From Chiloscyllium plagiosum (lineage: Eukaryota), in contig NC_057753.1 of assembly GCF_004010195.1 (NCBI RefSeq), forward strand, positions 3,973,508 through 3,993,507: 20,000 bases of DNA, given 5' to 3'. Of the stretch, positions 18,930 to 20,000 are shown piece by piece (within the stretch, counting starts at the first letter, position 1; each line of letters starts with the position of its first letter). The notes beneath the pieces were generated by a model. The model was not told the origin of the DNA and made no database searches. It saw nothing but the letters and a program-made list of their open reading frames with translations. A program made the translations under genes and the position numbers.

Positions 18930-19620
18930 TTAATCTGATATGATTCGCATCCAACAGCATTTATGGCAGATACAATCCACAGTAACCCTTAAACTCTCTT
19001 TAAACTCCCACATCTGACAAGAAGTACATCTCACTGCAAAGGCCATTTTTGCTCCTTCACAATCTACAGACCCAGAAAATAACACCGTCTTATTCCTCTA
19101 CAAACACTGCCCCAGGTTAAGTTAATAGCTGTGGCTTATATATTAAGTTTAATCAAGAGACTTGTCTCCAAAAACATATAACCAAGAAAGAACCCACTGT
19201 ACTCACTAATACAGCCTTTCTCTTGGACAGACTTAAAACAACAATTAACTGATCTGATTCTGTGTTGTGAACTTCGACCAAACCGGTTCCTCCCAGATTA
19301 GTTGTGAATTTTGTTAATTTTCCCAGACGCACTCCGATGTCCAGCGACACATGAATTCAAATACAGCAAAGGCGGTAACTGTGTCGGTTCTCTCTCCCTC
19401 TCCCCCCTGCACTGTCCTCACCATGTGCTTCCCTTGTCTGCTCTTCTCCCTTTTAAAACTGCTGTTGTTTTGACTTTTTTTATCCCCAAAGTTCCAAAAC
19501 AATGCTACAGCATCTAAAACAGTAATTACTGCTCCTGGAATTCGAGGAAATTACCTCCAGCTCCTAAAATACCTCAAAAAAAAGGAGCTGATCTTACAAC
19601 TAGAAATTTTTCCCGTCCTC
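18930..19620 (-). mobile_element. CR1 LINE 5'UTR and ORF1 start
   Basis: ATG at 19046 gives MAFAVRCTSCQMWEFKESLRVTVDCICHKCCWMRIISD*, the CxxCxMWE...CxKC zinc-binding N-terminus typical of CR1 ORF1; the 5'UTR extent is inferred. Confidence 0.65.
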
Positions 19621-19624
19621 CAAC

Positions 19625-19869
19625 GGGCTGAGAAGTGGCAGATGGAGTTTAATTCAGAAAAACACGAGGTGCTGCATTTTGGGAAAGCAAATCTCAGCAG
19701 GACTTATACATTTAATGGTAAGGTCCTAGGGAGTGTTGCTGAACAAAGAGACCTCGGAGTGCAGGTTCATAGCTCCTTGAAAGTGGAGTTGCAGGTAGAT
19801 AGGATACTGAAGGCGGCATTTGGTCTGCTTTCCTTTATTGGTCAGAGTATTGAGTACACGAGTTGGGAG
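19625..19869 (+). mobile_element. CR1 LINE ORF2 fragment (post-RT)
   Basis: AEKWQMEFNSEKHEVLHFGKAN...EQRDLGVQVHSSLKV...AFGLLSFIGQSIEYTSWE, cut off by a Penelope-like insertion. Confidence 0.9.
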
Positions 19870-20000
19870 GGAAAAACAATGACTGCAGATGCTGGAAACC
19901 AGATCCTGGATTAGTGGTGCTGGAAGAGCACAGCAGTTCAGGCAGCATCCGAGGAACTTCGAAATCGACGTTTCGGGCAAAAGCCCTTCATCAGGAATAA
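19870..20000 (-). mobile_element. Penelope-like short repeat with intact hammerhead motif
   Basis: Minus strand ATTC-CTGATGA-A-GGGC-TTTT-GCCC-GAAAC-GTC-GATT (core 19994-19967), identical to the 7186-7213 core. Confidence 0.8.

Overview
Vertebrate genomic DNA, very probably a cartilaginous fish (shark), judged from HE1-type tRNA-derived SINEs, CR1/HER1-type LINE 3' ends and the KRAB-less zinc-finger gene style; species not determinable. There is one clear protein-coding region, a 10-finger C2H2 zinc-finger ORF (12829-13782, +). A CpG-island promoter at ~10670-11100 appears to carry two overlapping, oppositely oriented micro first exons. Most of the rest is transposon-derived: a minus-strand Gypsy element broken by nested insertions (~2325-6300), a second deleted Gypsy (8495-9420), a putative solo LTR (6323-6903), CR1 LINE pieces, two SINE families, two TA-flanked Tigger-like MITEs and two GC-rich minisatellites (39 bp and 33 bp units). 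The most notable signal is about ten short Penelope-like repeats. Several carry a minimal hammerhead ribozyme core (CUGAUGA-stem II-GAAAC-GUC) with covarying stem II. One is a 96-bp unit between 12-bp direct repeats, and several begin almost exactly at the predicted self-cleavage site. All family names come from recognised motifs, not database searches.
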